A stretch of 64,000 nucleotides of DNA from Candidatus Poribacteria bacterium (GCA_965214095.1 OZ243938.1:2400001-2464000), one strand, 5' to 3'. Shown: positions 29,529 to 40,723, counted from the first letter of the stretch. Notes: generated by a model not told the origin, from the sequence alone. Translations and numbers: made by a program.

Positions 29529-30719
29529 ATGACAAAGTTAGCAATAAATGGTGGTGAGCCAGTTGCCAAGCAAGGTTTAGGCAAAGGTTGGCCCATTCAT
29601 GATGAAACAGAAGAGAATGCGTTGTTAGAAGTTATACGAAGCGGTGCTTGGAACAGGCGTGAAAAGGTTGATGAAGTCGCTGAAAAATTTGCCGCATATC
29701 ACGATGCAAAATACGGCATTCCACTTGCGAATGGGACTGTAGCGTTACAGTGCGCGTTAAAGGCTGCTGGTATAACTGCTGGCGATGAAGTCATCGTTCC
29801 GGCACTCACATTCGTAGCGACAGGAACATCAGCTGTATGCGTCAATGCAGTGCCAGTTATCGTTGACATAGACCCACTCACCTACAACATCGCACCCGAT
29901 GCAATTGAGGCAGCGATTACCCCACGCACACGCGCAGTCATCCCAGTACATAATGGCGGTTACCCGGCAGATATGGACGCTATTATGGAGATTGCTGAAA
30001 AACATAATCTAAAGGTGATTGAGGATTGCGCGCATGCACACGGTTCACAATGGCGTGGCAAAGGTGTCGGTTCAATCGGACATCTCGGCACATTCAGTTT
30101 TCAGATAGGTAAAACGTTAACGTGCGGTGAAGGCGGGATGGTACTGACGAATGACGAAGATCTTGCAAACAGGGCAGGTCAAATCGCAAATCTAAACATG
30201 CGTATGACAAACTTGCAAGCTGCACTTCTGTTGTCGCAACTCGAACGGTTAGATGAACAGGTAGAGACGCGCGAACGAAATATGGCGTATCTTGTGAAGG
30301 GCATGGAGCAAATAGAGGGAATCCATCCGATACCGCGCGATGAACGCGTCACCAGATGGTGTTTCTACTATTGGGATTTTCGTTTCGTATCTGATGAATT
30401 CGGTGGCATTTCACGCGGACGATTTATGGAAGCACTCAGTGCGGAAGGTGTTCCCTGCGGTGTCGGTGCTCATGGACAACCCATATATAATGAAGGTCCT
30501 TTTGCTGATGCTGATTTGTTTGACCGACTTGGATTGCCACGAGAATACCTCGGCGACCGAGCGATTGATTACAGCAAAGTTCACTGTCCGGAAGCAGAAC
30601 GTGTATATCACGAAGAAGTATGCAGTTTTGGACATGCCATGTTTTTAGGCGACACAGACGATATGCAACTGATTTTAGATGCATTCCAAAAGATTAGAAA
30701 ACACGTAGATGAATTGTAA
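29529..30719 (+). CDS. DegT/DnrJ/EryC1/StrS-family PLP aminotransferase
   Basis: NGTVAL, TFVAT, IEDCAHAHG, FSFQIGKTLTCGEGG. Confidence 0.9.
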   Translation: MTKLAINGGEPVAKQGLGKGWPIHDETEENALLEVIRSGAWNRREKVDEVAEKFAAYHDAKYGIPLANGTVALQCALKAAGITAGDEVIVPALTFVATGTSAVCVNAVPVIVDIDPLTYNIAPDAIEAAITPRTRAVIPVHNGGYPADMDAIMEIAEKHNLKVIEDCAHAHGSQWRGKGVGSIGHLGTFSFQIGKTLTCGEGGMVLTNDEDLANRAGQIANLNMRMTNLQAALLLSQLERLDEQVETRERNMAYLVKGMEQIEGIHPIPRDERVTRWCFYYWDFRFVSDEFGGISRGRFMEALSAEGVPCGVGAHGQPIYNEGPFADADLFDRLGLPREYLGDRAIDYSKVHCPEAERVYHEEVCSFGHAMFLGDTDDMQLILDAFQKIRKHVDEL

Positions 30720-30736
30720 CCTATAATTTGGTATAT

Positions 30737-33118
30737 CTACTGCAACTTCAACGGAACATCTAACGTCTGCGGGAACGAACACTCTGTTTCATTACAAGGT
30801 TGGTAGTCAAGTTTTAGTATAATCGGAACGGTTTTCTTAAGAACGGTATTCGGTTTCTGCGTTAATTTCATGGGAATCGTAAACGTCCCTTCATACACAT
30901 TCACGGCTTCAGGACTGAACTCAAATACCACCGATTTACCTTCAGGATATTGCACTTGAGATATTTTAACTAGTGCATCTTCCGCCACAGTTATTGTTGT
31001 TGGGATAAGATTATCTTGACCTGCAGGATTTGCATTGATATGCCAACCTTTTGCTATTTTTACTTGCACCTCAACGTCAATATGGTTACCTTTAGCAGGT
31101 GTTTTTATCTTAGCCGTTGCGGTTACAAGGGATTGATTTGAATCGCCAAGTCCCAATTCTCCAAGTGGTGTTTGCGGTAGGACTGAAACGTCAGGGGTAG
31201 ATTCTTTTTCATTTGATATGTCATCTGAGTTCAAGTATCCATTGAGTGCATAGAGCATGTGCATGAAAGACGATGGAGATTCTTCCATTGACCTTGCGAA
31301 GCTGCGTAGCGTCTTTTCAATATAGTCGCTATAACTTGTACCAAGCATTAAGAGGTTATTAACTGCTACAGCATTGCCCGACGGAATAGCAGAATCATGC
31401 GGTTTTTTGGTGCGAACAATCAGTTGCTTTGCATCTGCCTTTGTGTAAAAGAAACCACCATTCTGGTTATCCCAAAAGAGTTCAATCATCTTGTCAGTAA
31501 GTGTTTTCGCAGTTTGAAACCAACGGTCTTCTCCAGTTGCCTTGGCCAAACCTATTAATCCTCGCACTAAAAATGCGTAATCATCCAAATAGGCATCGTA
31601 ATTTGCAACATCCACAGTATATGTATGCCATAATTCACCGTTGGGTTTTGTCATGTTATCCAAAATAAACTGTGATGCATTTGATGCAGCGGCAAGATAC
31701 TTTTCATCACCTAATACTTCATAGCCATAAGCAAGTGCGTCTATCATCAGACCGTTCCAACTCACAATAACCTTTGTATCAAGCAATGGATACTCACGTT
31801 CAGTTCGGGCTGTCAAGAGTGTATCCCGCGCAGATTGTAAGTATTCTAACGATACTTCCGATTCTTCCCTTTTGGGAACATATAGGACACTTTTCCCTTC
31901 AAAGTTAGCACCCTCATCCACACCGTAAATAGAGGAGAACTTTTTGAGATCTTTTTTCGGTATAACGTTCTCTATTTCGTCTTTAGTCCAAACATAGTAT
32001 TTTCCCTCTTCTGCGTCTGTTTCTGCGTCTAATGCCGCATAGAATCCACCTTCAGGTGATGTCATTTCGCGAGCAACAAAACTGAATATTTCCTCAGCCA
32101 CACGTTTATACTGGGTTTTTTCAGTCAACTGATATGCTTGCAGATATATTCTTGCCAATTGTGCATTGTCATAAAGCATCTTTTCAAAGTGTGGGACAAG
32201 CCACTTCTCATCAACAGAATATCTGTGAAATCCACCACCTATCTGGTCATACATGCCACCGTAAGCCATCATATCCAAAGTATGTGTTATCATCTTCAAT
32301 AGCAATTCATTATCTGTGGGAGGGGTTTCTAATCCAGATTGCCTTTCATATTCTCTCAACAAAAACTCCAAATTCGCAGGACTTGGAAACTTCGGTGCAG
32401 CGTCAAATCCACCGTTAAGGTGGTCATAAGTCTTCTTCAAGTGTTCCACAGCAGTTGTGATAGCAGAAGGTTTGAGTTCGTTTGCGTTGAGAACAGTAAA
32501 CGCTTTGCTTGTTACCGCTTCAATAATCCTTGTAATTTCGTTTGCAGTGTCAATCACCTCATCCTCTCGTGTTATCCAAGCATCCTGCACTGCTTCCAAT
32601 ATAGTAGGAAATCCAGGTCTATTCGGCATATCTGTAGGTGGAAAATACGTGCCAGCAAAGAAAGGTTTCAAATCAGGTGTCAGGAAAACAGAGTTGGGCC
32701 ATCCACCGCGTTGCATCAATATTTGTGTTGCTGTCATATAGATTTCGTCAAGGTCTGGTCGTTCTTCCCTATCAATTTTGATATTGATAAAGTCCTTGTT
32801 CATCTGTTTAGCGATGTCTGGATTGGAAAACACCTCTCGTTCCATCACATGGCACCAGTAGCATGTGGAATAACCAACAGAAAGGAAAATCAGTTTGTTT
32901 TCCTTCTTAGCAAGTTCCAACGCTTCATCACCCCATGGATACCATTCCACTGGGTTGTGTGCATGAAGAAGCAGATAGGGACTCGTTTCGTCAATTAGAC
33001 GATTTGTCCACTTCCATGTTCCATCCTGATTTTTGAGTGCACTGTCATCCGCACTCCCTATCAAGGTGATACTGAGTAGAATTAGGCATAGGATTATGTT
33101 CCGTATTATATTCTTCAT
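30737..33118 (-). CDS. YyaL/SPATA20-like thioredoxin-domain protein (DUF255) with C-terminal DsbD-N-like domain
   Basis: [38 protein letters not shown]; [16 protein letters not shown]. Confidence 0.9.
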   Translation of the reverse strand: MKNIIRNIILCLILLSITLIGSADDSALKNQDGTWKWTNRLIDETSPYLLLHAHNPVEWYPWGDEALELAKKENKLIFLSVGYSTCYWCHVMEREVFSNPDIAKQMNKDFINIKIDREERPDLDEIYMTATQILMQRGGWPNSVFLTPDLKPFFAGTYFPPTDMPNRPGFPTILEAVQDAWITREDEVIDTANEITRIIEAVTSKAFTVLNANELKPSAITTAVEHLKKTYDHLNGGFDAAPKFPSPANLEFLLREYERQSGLETPPTDNELLLKMITHTLDMMAYGGMYDQIGGGFHRYSVDEKWLVPHFEKMLYDNAQLARIYLQAYQLTEKTQYKRVAEEIFSFVAREMTSPEGGFYAALDAETDAEEGKYYVWTKDEIENVIPKKDLKKFSSIYGVDEGANFEGKSVLYVPKREESEVSLEYLQSARDTLLTARTEREYPLLDTKVIVSWNGLMIDALAYGYEVLGDEKYLAAASNASQFILDNMTKPNGELWHTYTVDVANYDAYLDDYAFLVRGLIGLAKATGEDRWFQTAKTLTDKMIELFWDNQNGGFFYTKADAKQLIVRTKKPHDSAIPSGNAVAVNNLLMLGTSYSDYIEKTLRSFARSMEESPSSFMHMLYALNGYLNSDDISNEKESTPDVSVLPQTPLGELGLGDSNQSLVTATAKIKTPAKGNHIDVEVQVKIAKGWHINANPAGQDNLIPTTITVAEDALVKISQVQYPEGKSVVFEFSPEAVNVYEGTFTIPMKLTQKPNTVLKKTVPIILKLDYQPCNETECSFPQTLDVPLKLQ

Positions 33119-33723
33119 TAGTCGTCCTTTTTCTCGTCAGGAAATGTGACACGCTCATAAATTTCCTGAAGCGGTAATTCACACTGAATAGAAGTAATCG
33201 GTAGAACATCATCAATTTCACGAAAGGAAGTATAACCCCACTCATCCTGTTTTCGGAGATACCGTTCCACATATACCCTATCTTGTGATACAAGGATGTA
33301 TTCTTTTAAAGATCCAAGTTGTTGGTAGTGTGAAAGTTTTTCTCCTCTATCATAAACTTCGGTACTTGGTGAGAGTACCTCTACGATAATGATTGGGTTC
33401 AAGAGTGTGTCAAAAACATCGTCCTCAAAACGAGGTTCATCACATACGACAACTACATCTGGATAGAAATAGGAGGAAGTACTGGGTGTGCCTACACGCA
33501 TTTTGCTCGTATAAGCTTCGCATGCACTGCCTTTTAATCGATTACGAAGTTCACCAGAGATGTTGAATAAAATGAGATTGTGTGCGCGGCTTGCCCCGGA
33601 CATAGCGACAATTTTCCCATTGACGTATTCGCTTCTTACAGTGTCATAGGTAGGGATCGCTTTACGTTCTAAAGTTATATATTCTTCTGGACTTAGGTAT
33701 GTTTGTACTGCACTTATTGCCAT
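33118..33723 (-). CDS. Uma2-family putative endonuclease
   Basis: [31 protein letters not shown]. Confidence 0.9.
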   Translation of the reverse strand: MAISAVQTYLSPEEYITLERKAIPTYDTVRSEYVNGKIVAMSGASRAHNLILFNISGELRNRLKGSACEAYTSKMRVGTPSTSSYFYPDVVVVCDEPRFEDDVFDTLLNPIIIVEVLSPSTEVYDRGEKLSHYQQLGSLKEYILVSQDRVYVERYLRKQDEWGYTSFREIDDVLPITSIQCELPLQEIYERVTFPDEKKDD

Positions 33724-33801
33724 GTTTTTCTCCGTTTGTGTATTGATAATTTCATTATAACGCAGGCAAGTAGCAGAGTCAAGTTGATTAGGAAGTTTAC
33801 A

Positions 33802-34168
33802 GGTTTATTTCGTTTTAAGAAATTATCAACATTAGGATTTACTGACAATTAATACACAAAGCGGTAGGTTCGGTTTCCTAACCGATCCATAGGCGTCAAT
33901 TTAGTGTAAATTAGGCGTTTTCCCCAGGACGGTAGGTGCGGTTTCCTAACCGCACGGAACCTATGCGAGAACCTCTATAAAGGTATTTGGCACAAAGCCG
34001 GTTCGGTTAGGAAACCGAACCTACCGGTACTTGGAAGGATGCTAAATTGACGCTTATGGTTCGGTTTCCTAACCGATCCTACCGCTTTAGCATTTAGTAA
34101 GAGTTAAGAAAATCATAAAACTAAATAACCCTAGAAAATTTATCCTCAAATTGAAAGTTATGGGTATA
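33802..34168. repeat. Nested MITE/REP composite
   Basis: Four GGTTTCCTAACC hairpins; IR pairs 33802-33817/34116-34131, 33858-33866/34080-34088 and 33889-33904/34042-34057; exact 22-bp direct repeat 33867-33888/34058-34079. Confidence 0.85.
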
Positions 34169-34189
34169 GGATAACCTAACCTCCGATTA

Positions 34190-34750
34190 TTAGGTATCAC
34201 CATTTATACGAACTGTACCATCTAATTCGCTAATTGTAAATGTCTTTCTATAATCATTCACAACGATAGTGTATTCACCCGGTACGCAGAATCCAATAAA
34301 AATGGCTTGCTGCCAATCATATAGATCATCTGTGCAAAAGAAACTCCCATCAGGTATTGGTTCACTCTCTGTCACCTCTATTTTGATAGTATCACCAGAA
34401 ACCCATGTCCACGGAAAATCACCTCTCCAACTTATTAAACCATCCTTAATCTCAATTTCGTTTGAGTTTCTGAACAGACGTGTGTGTTCGTATCCACGAC
34501 ATCCTCCTAAACTACTACGGACTAAAACGGTGACAACATAATACTTGGGGTCAATATCTACAAGATCTTCCTCGGATAATTCTAATTCTTCATATAACAT
34601 ATTGAGTTTATATATTTCTTTGTCAATCTCTGCCGCGTGTATTTGAACGTTTTCAATAGGCATAGGTGAGATTACCACACCTCTGTCACGGTCACAACCA
34701 AAGATGATTACGACGCATGTGAAGAGACAGAAAAACGTCAATGGTTTCAT
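34190..34750 (-). CDS. Hypothetical lipoprotein
   Basis: GGAGG RBS, lipobox IFGC. Confidence 0.65.
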   Translation of the reverse strand: MKPLTFFCLFTCVVIIFGCDRDRGVVISPMPIENVQIHAAEIDKEIYKLNMLYEELELSEEDLVDIDPKYYVVTVLVRSSLGGCRGYEHTRLFRNSNEIEIKDGLISWRGDFPWTWVSGDTIKIEVTESEPIPDGSFFCTDDLYDWQQAIFIGFCVPGEYTIVVNDYRKTFTISELDGTVRINGDT

Positions 34751-34852
34751 ATTACCCTCCTTTGTGTAGGTGCTTTGTATATGTATTTTAGTTGAAGTAT
34801 GTCTATAGAATCTTCACATTTGAAATCGAGGACTTTTGATATTACAGTAAGG

Positions 34853-35971
34853 TTATTGCACAAGTGCTTTCTGTGCTATCGCGCGACCTCGGTCCGTCAA
34901 CATCAGCTGGACCGACTCTTGCGAAACATACCGATTGTTTAGCGCGTATTTTACGACGCGTGAGGCAAATGTCGGTTCCCACCGTAGGTGTTCGTGGAGG
35001 TGTGCAATCTCAGATTCCTTTTGTGCTTCGGGAAGTCCTTCGTGATTAAAGAGGTGAATGACCAGCATTGTTTGTGCAAACTCCCACTTTTGACGGATAT
35101 GTCTACGGGCAATTGCAATGAGACCGCGATTTGGGACAATCATAAAAATAAGGACAAAAGCAAGTAATGTAACCGACGCGATCGTCCCCGCAATTGAGAC
35201 ATTGGTAATGTAAGCGAGCCAATAACCAACCATTGCGTTAACACTCCCTATGACAACACTATAGATGAGCATCCGTGTGAGACTATCTGTCATCAGATAA
35301 GCAGTAACGGGTGGACCAGCAATTAGTGCGACAACTAAAATAGAACCGACTGCATCAAACGCTCCCACCGTTGTCATGGAAACTAAAGTCATCAATCCAT
35401 AATGGATCAGTGTTGGTGCGAAACCTAAGGTGGCCGCTAAACTTGCATCAAACGTTGCTAACTTCAATTCCTTATAGAATGTTAGAATAAAGGCAAGATT
35501 CAACACCAACATAACACCCATAACATATAGCGATACGGGACCCAGTTTATATCCGAAAATCTCTAAGTGATTGAGGGTTGCATAGCCAATTTCACCGAGA
35601 AGGACAGCATCTGTATCCAAATGCACATTACTTGCGAACCGCGCAATCAGAATCACACCAATGCTGAACAAAGCTGGAAAAGTTAACCCAATCGCGGCAT
35701 CCTCTTTCACAAGTTTTGTTTTCTGTAGTAATTCAACGAAGACAACGGTTAGCACACCGGTTGCAGCGGCAGCAAAAATTAGCAAAGGTGATGAAACATT
35801 ATGTGTGAGAAAAAAGACGAGGACGATACCCGGAAGAATTGCGTGGCTGATAGCATCGCTCATCAACGTCATGCGACGCAGCACAAGGAATACGCCGGGT
35901 AATGCACACGCAGAAGCAGTGACAATTGCAATCAGTGTGGTAAATATGATGTCATAATATTCTTCAATCAT
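34853..35971 (-). CDS. Mn/Zn/Fe ABC permease (TroD/MntD-like) with C-terminal DtxR-like extension
   Basis: DAISHAILPG, KELKLATFD, soluble C-terminal tail. Confidence 0.9.
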   Translation of the reverse strand: MIEEYYDIIFTTLIAIVTASACALPGVFLVLRRMTLMSDAISHAILPGIVLVFFLTHNVSSPLLIFAAAATGVLTVVFVELLQKTKLVKEDAAIGLTFPALFSIGVILIARFASNVHLDTDAVLLGEIGYATLNHLEIFGYKLGPVSLYVMGVMLVLNLAFILTFYKELKLATFDASLAATLGFAPTLIHYGLMTLVSMTTVGAFDAVGSILVVALIAGPPVTAYLMTDSLTRMLIYSVVIGSVNAMVGYWLAYITNVSIAGTIASVTLLAFVLIFMIVPNRGLIAIARRHIRQKWEFAQTMLVIHLFNHEGLPEAQKESEIAHLHEHLRWEPTFASRVVKYALNNRYVSQESVQLMLTDRGRAIAQKALVQ

Positions 35972-35973
35972 TG

Positions 35974-36912
35974 TTAATCCGTTTTCTGTTGTGGATGCTC
36001 AATCAATTTACCTGTCGGTAACTTCAGGTTACGTTTATTTCGACGTTGCCGTATACCATCCCAGATTAATCCGCGTTTCGGCGCGAAAGCGATTGAAATA
36101 CCAACGCAAAATGTCGCGCAGAGGATAATCATCGGTCCCGTAGGTATATGTGTCGCAGCACTGCTGATAATGGTACCACTCACACCTGCCAATGCACCGA
36201 ATCCTGCTGCAAGAATCACCATCAAACTAAGCTTGTTTGTCCATTGTCTTGCAGCTACAGCAGGTGCCACTATCATTGCACTCATAAGAACAGCACCAAC
36301 TGCCTGTAGACCGAGAACGATCGAAATAACAAGCAAGCTTGTTAACAATATATCAAGTGTGCGGGTAGGAAACCCGATGGATGCGGCAAAACCTTCATCA
36401 AAAATAAGCAATTTCAACTCTTTCCATAGGATAAAAACGATAAGAAGTGCTACACCACCGAGGATTCCGATTGTCAGGACATCTCGTTTCAATAGAGTTG
36501 CTGCTTGTCCGAAGATGAACGTATCCAATCCCGCCTGATTAGCATTGCCTGAACGTTGGATAAATGTAAGCAAAACCAAACCGAAACCGAAAAATGTGGA
36601 TAAAACAAGGGCAAGTGCACTATCATATTTGATTCGTGTCAGTCGGACAATACTCAATATTATCAATGTGCCAATCCAACCAGCGATAGCAGCACCAAGT
36701 ATCAAGATTAACGAAGTCTTGCTTCCTGTCAAGATAAATGCAAGTGCAATTCCCGGTAGTGCAGCATGTGAGATCGCATCACCGAGAAGACTTTGCCGTC
36801 TTAAAACAGCATAAGTTCCGAGTGCACCGCTGACTGCACCAAGTAATGCAGCACCAATTGAAACTACTATAAGCGTATAATAATTTTGAAATAGATAGGA
36901 TATAAATTGCAT
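35974..36912 (-). CDS. Mn/Zn/Fe ABC permease (TroC/MntC-like)
   Basis: LGDAISHAALPG, PAVAARQW, PTGP. Confidence 0.9.
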   Translation of the reverse strand: MQFISYLFQNYYTLIVVSIGAALLGAVSGALGTYAVLRRQSLLGDAISHAALPGIALAFILTGSKTSLILILGAAIAGWIGTLIILSIVRLTRIKYDSALALVLSTFFGFGLVLLTFIQRSGNANQAGLDTFIFGQAATLLKRDVLTIGILGGVALLIVFILWKELKLLIFDEGFAASIGFPTRTLDILLTSLLVISIVLGLQAVGAVLMSAMIVAPAVAARQWTNKLSLMVILAAGFGALAGVSGTIISSAATHIPTGPMIILCATFCVGISIAFAPKRGLIWDGIRQRRNKRNLKLPTGKLIEHPQQKTD

Positions 36913-36954
36913 GATAGTTAGGATAGCAGACGTTATAGAGTGTGCTTACATCTT

Positions 36955-37707
36955 TTATCGATTCTTGATGAATGCTATCCGTCCGCCATAAGTCTCACGT
37001 AAGTTGTCTGATGTGAACGTATCTTCAACAGGTCCACTCGCGATTCGACGGATATTCAGTAATGTTACCCAATCGAAGTAATCAGTAACTGTTTGCAGGT
37101 CATGATGCACCACAACCACTGTTTTGCCACTTTCCCGAAGTTCCTGAAGCAAAGTCACGATTGCGCGTTCAGTCGTGGCGTCCACACCTTGAAAAGGTTC
37201 GTCCATCAAGTATATTGTTGCATCTTGAACGAGAGCACGAGCGAGGAAAACGCGCTGCTGCTGTCCACCAGAAAGTTGACTTATCTGTCGGGTTGTATAG
37301 TTCTGCATACCAACTTTTTCAAGGGCTTGCATAGCAAGTTCGCGATCATGTTTCCCAGGCCGCTTTATCCAACCGAGTGCTCCATATCTACCCATCATTA
37401 CAACATCAAGTACATTTGTCGGAAAATCCCAGTCAACACTTCCTCGTTGTGGCACATAACCAACAATTTTCCGTTGCACATCGTAAGGCTTATTATAAAT
37501 CAGAACATTGCCAGCAGCAGGACGCACTAAACCTAAAATTGCCTTAATTAACGTGGTTTTTCCTGCACCATTCGGTCCAACGATAGCTAATAGCACTCCC
37601 GGTGGCACATCAAGGTCTATGTCCCACAAGACAGGTGTCTCTTGATATGCGACAGTGAGGTCAGTTACTTCTATGGCTTTTGCATCCGGTGCTTTCAATT
37701 TATTCAT
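36955..37707 (-). CDS. Mn/Zn/Fe ABC ATP-binding protein (TroB/MntB-like)
   Basis: [25 protein letters not shown]. Confidence 0.92.
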   Translation of the reverse strand: MNKLKAPDAKAIEVTDLTVAYQETPVLWDIDLDVPPGVLLAIVGPNGAGKTTLIKAILGLVRPAAGNVLIYNKPYDVQRKIVGYVPQRGSVDWDFPTNVLDVVMMGRYGALGWIKRPGKHDRELAMQALEKVGMQNYTTRQISQLSGGQQQRVFLARALVQDATIYLMDEPFQGVDATTERAIVTLLQELRESGKTVVVVHHDLQTVTDYFDWVTLLNIRRIASGPVEDTFTSDNLRETYGGRIAFIKNR

Positions 37708-38665
37708 CCTCTGAAGGAGTAACTTCTCCGATCAATGCCTTTACAATAGTATCAATATTGTGTTTTACCATACCGATATAAGTGCCTTCAGGTGTTCCCT
37801 CATTTCCCATTGCGTCAGAAAAGAGTTCACCACCAATTTGCACATCAAATCCTTTTGATTTCACTGCGGCTTTCACTGCCTCAAGACTACGTGATGGAAC
37901 AGATGATTCCACAAAAATTGCAGGAATCTGTCGTTCTGCGATAAAGGTGGCTAATTCCCGAACATCGGAGATGGCTGCCTCCGATACAGTGCTAATTCCT
38001 TGCAACCCGCGCACTTCAAACCCATACGCCTGTCCAAAGTAGTTGAAAGCGTCGTGTGCTGTAACGAGAACGCGTTGTTCAGGTGGTACACGTTCTGCTT
38101 GGGTCTTAACGTATTGATGCAGTTCAGTGAGTTTCGTAAGATAACGTTCCGCATTGTCTTGATATGTACCCTCATTATCTATATCTACTTCAATTAGAGT
38201 GTCCCGAACCTTTTCAACCACTTTCATCCATAGGGTTACATCAAACCATAAGTGCGGATCATATTGTCTGTCAAATTCTGGTGGTGATAGAAGATGTGTT
38301 TTATCTATTCCATCTGTTACAGCAACGGATTTGGTATCACCTGACATCTTGGCAAGAACATCTCCTAATTTAGCTTCAAGATGTAATCCATTATAAAAGA
38401 TGATTTGTGCGGAATTCAAACGTTGAATATCCTTAGCAGACGGTTTATAAAGGTGCGGGTCCACACCGGGGCCCATCATCCCGACTACCTCTACATCTTC
38501 ACCACCAACATTTTTGACGACATCGGTAATCATACCTATCGTAGCAACAACGCGAACTTTTCTGTCCGTCAATGTATCTGGAGCTTTTTTATCGCAACCG
38601 AGAATTACAAGTATACAAATTGTGAATATAATAATTGAGAATCTATACATGCTTTTAATTTCCAA
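37700..38665 (-). CDS. Mn/Zn/Fe ABC substrate-binding lipoprotein (TroA/MntA-like)
   Basis: LGC lipobox, DPHLY, DPHLW, HDAFNYF, FSD. Confidence 0.92.
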   Translation of the reverse strand: MEIKSMYRFSIIIFTICILVILGCDKKAPDTLTDRKVRVVATIGMITDVVKNVGGEDVEVVGMMGPGVDPHLYKPSAKDIQRLNSAQIIFYNGLHLEAKLGDVLAKMSGDTKSVAVTDGIDKTHLLSPPEFDRQYDPHLWFDVTLWMKVVEKVRDTLIEVDIDNEGTYQDNAERYLTKLTELHQYVKTQAERVPPEQRVLVTAHDAFNYFGQAYGFEVRGLQGISTVSEAAISDVRELATFIAERQIPAIFVESSVPSRSLEAVKAAVKSKGFDVQIGGELFSDAMGNEGTPEGTYIGMVKHNIDTIVKALIGEVTPSEDE

Positions 38666-39794
38666 TGTAAAAGTGTCTTAAGATTTCACCTACAAGGTAA
38701 CCGGCACCAGCTACACCGAGACCGACTGCAAACATATCAATACCACTTCGAATTAGCCCCCGTCCCGTGAATAGACTCCGCGCGGCACCAACAGCAAAGT
38801 GGGAAAACATTGCCAACGTAAAAGAAATCCATATCGCTGCAAGACCTGTGGTAAACAGAAAAGGTGCAACAGGAATAAAGGCACCCACAGCAGTAGCAGA
38901 TCCCGTAATCCATCCTTCTTTAAATGGTGTCGTATGTGTTTTTCCAATCTTAAGTTCAGATTGAATCTTTTCTTCTAATGCCCTTTCTGGATCACTCATC
39001 ACTTCTTGTGCAAGGAGGCGTGCATGTTCTTTTGGGACTCCACGGGCAGAATATATGAGTGTAAGTTCATCTTCCTCTAAATCTGGCATATATCGGATTT
39101 CATCTTTTTCTACCTCAATTTCGTGTTCGTACACTTCTTGTTCACTCTTCGCCGCGAGGTAACCCGATGCCCCCATAGAGAGTGAATCTGCTACTGTCCC
39201 GATAATGCCTGATATCAAGACAGTGGATGGACCTTCTGTGGCGGCTATTACACCAGCAAGTAAACCGAAGTTCGCCGTTAAGCCATCGTTAAAACCGTAA
39301 ACTATGTTCCCAAGCGTTCCCCCGGATTCGGTCTTATGCCACGGTTCATCACTTGAACCAGTGAGAACTTGGAGACTTTCTGTATGCAAAGCGGATTCTT
39401 TTGCAAGCACAAGCGCAGTTTCTTTAGCATCTTCAAGAGTGCTATTCTTGTGTAGTGTCAGGTAATCTCTTACTTCACTCGCTTCTTCGTCAAGCATCCG
39501 TGCAAGTGGGAATGCACTCCCAAACTTCCGGGCATACCATGCCCAGAACCTTGCCTTGAATGTCGGACGTTGTTTTTTTGTCTCTACATCATAAGATGAT
39601 AACATCTCCTCCCAACGTTCCACATGACGACTTTCCACAACGGCAAGCTCAAGTAATATATCTTTCCGATCAGGGTCTGGTTCAAGATCTGCGAATTCAC
39701 TGTAGAGGAAACTCGCATCCACTTCATCTTGTAGATGGTGTTTCCAGGTTTTTATTGTACTGCTGTCCGGTTTAGCTTTATTTTCTTTTTCCAT
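38655..39794 (-). CDS. VIT1/CCC1-family metal transporter with N-terminal ferritin/rubrerythrin-like domain
   Basis: ExxH motifs (ESRH, ESALH); VYGFNDGL, SMGASGYL. Confidence 0.88.
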   Translation of the reverse strand: MEKENKAKPDSSTIKTWKHHLQDEVDASFLYSEFADLEPDPDRKDILLELAVVESRHVERWEEMLSSYDVETKKQRPTFKARFWAWYARKFGSAFPLARMLDEEASEVRDYLTLHKNSTLEDAKETALVLAKESALHTESLQVLTGSSDEPWHKTESGGTLGNIVYGFNDGLTANFGLLAGVIAATEGPSTVLISGIIGTVADSLSMGASGYLAAKSEQEVYEHEIEVEKDEIRYMPDLEEDELTLIYSARGVPKEHARLLAQEVMSDPERALEEKIQSELKIGKTHTTPFKEGWITGSATAVGAFIPVAPFLFTTGLAAIWISFTLAMFSHFAVGAARSLFTGRGLIRSGIDMFAVGLGVAGAGYLVGEILRHFYIGN

Positions 39795-39835
39795 TTGTTC
39801 CCCTCATCGGTAATATGCGCGCCTTCAAAGCGCGC

Positions 39836-40507
39836 TTATACATTATCTGTTTCTTCTACATTATTTACGAATATATGCTTTGCAACCTCACGTCCAATTA
39901 CCGCTTGCTGGCCTGCAATATCAATAGTGAAAGGACCTTCAAATGGCGCAACTTCAATTACTCGGAACGCTGTACCGGGATAAAGATTGAAACTGCCAAG
40001 ATGACGAAGCAACGCAGAATCATCATCACTCACTTCCGCAACTACGCAAGATTGACCATTATTTAAGTCGGTCATCGGGACAGAAGGTGTTTTCAGGACA
40101 ACGCCGTTTTTATCAGGTATAGGGGAACCGTGTGGGTCTTCGGTTGGATATCCGAGAAACGCATCCATCCGATCTTCTACATCTTCTGAAATCACGTGCT
40201 CTAATTTCTCAGCTTCTTCGTGAACACCATCCCACGGTACACCAAGTGCCTTAAAAAGATAAAGCTCCAACAACCTATGATGCCGAATTATTTCAAGCGC
40301 AATTGCTTTGCCAGCATCAGTAAGTGTTACACCTTGATAACGTTCGTGAATCACAAGTTTCATTGTCTTTAGTTTTTTGATCATACCCGTTACAGATGCA
40401 GGTTTAACATCAAGGTATTCTGCCAGAATACCTGTTGAAACTTTACCACCTTTTTCTTGTAACTTGTAGATTGACTTGAGGTAATCCTCAGCCGCCTGTG
40501 TAAGCAT
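39836..40507 (-). CDS. DtxR/MntR-family metal-dependent repressor with FeoA domain
   Basis: EDYLKSIY, RHHRLLE, EAEKLEH, DPHGSPIP. Confidence 0.93.
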   Translation of the reverse strand: MLTQAAEDYLKSIYKLQEKGGKVSTGILAEYLDVKPASVTGMIKKLKTMKLVIHERYQGVTLTDAGKAIALEIIRHHRLLELYLFKALGVPWDGVHEEAEKLEHVISEDVEDRMDAFLGYPTEDPHGSPIPDKNGVVLKTPSVPMTDLNNGQSCVVAEVSDDDSALLRHLGSFNLYPGTAFRVIEVAPFEGPFTIDIAGQQAVIGREVAKHIFVNNVEETDNV

Positions 40508-40627
40508 TTGTCTTTCCTATCCGCAAGAAACACATAAAACGTGTAATCCTATCGTGCGGTGAACGGTAGGTCTAACCTACCAATGTTTAGTTGATATATG
40601 CAACAAAAGTTAAATCTATCAAGAAAT

Positions 40628-40674
40628 TAATTTAGGCATGGCTAAATTATATAGAATTGTTGAATTAACGTCAA
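40628..40674 (-). promoter_or_regulatory. Sigma70 promoter with overlapping DtxR-type operator
   Basis: TTGACG(40674-40669)-17 bp-TATAAT(40651-40646); palindrome TAATTTAGGCATGGCTAAATTA at 40628-40649 resembles the DtxR box TTAGGTTAGCCTAA. Confidence 0.8.
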
Positions 40675-40723
40675 GAACTTTTTATTTCCATAGACAATCA
40701 TTGTCTTTAGCATCTGTTTAACC

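Noticed and set aside
33858-34088. Possible CRISPR array (four similar palindromic repeats)
   Set aside because: Mixed orientations, unequal spacing, non-identical stems and no cas genes; nested REP/MITE structure explains it.
40508-40640. yybP-ykoY manganese riboswitch in the mntR-like leader
   Set aside because: No recognisable conserved loops; a protein operator explains the regulation.
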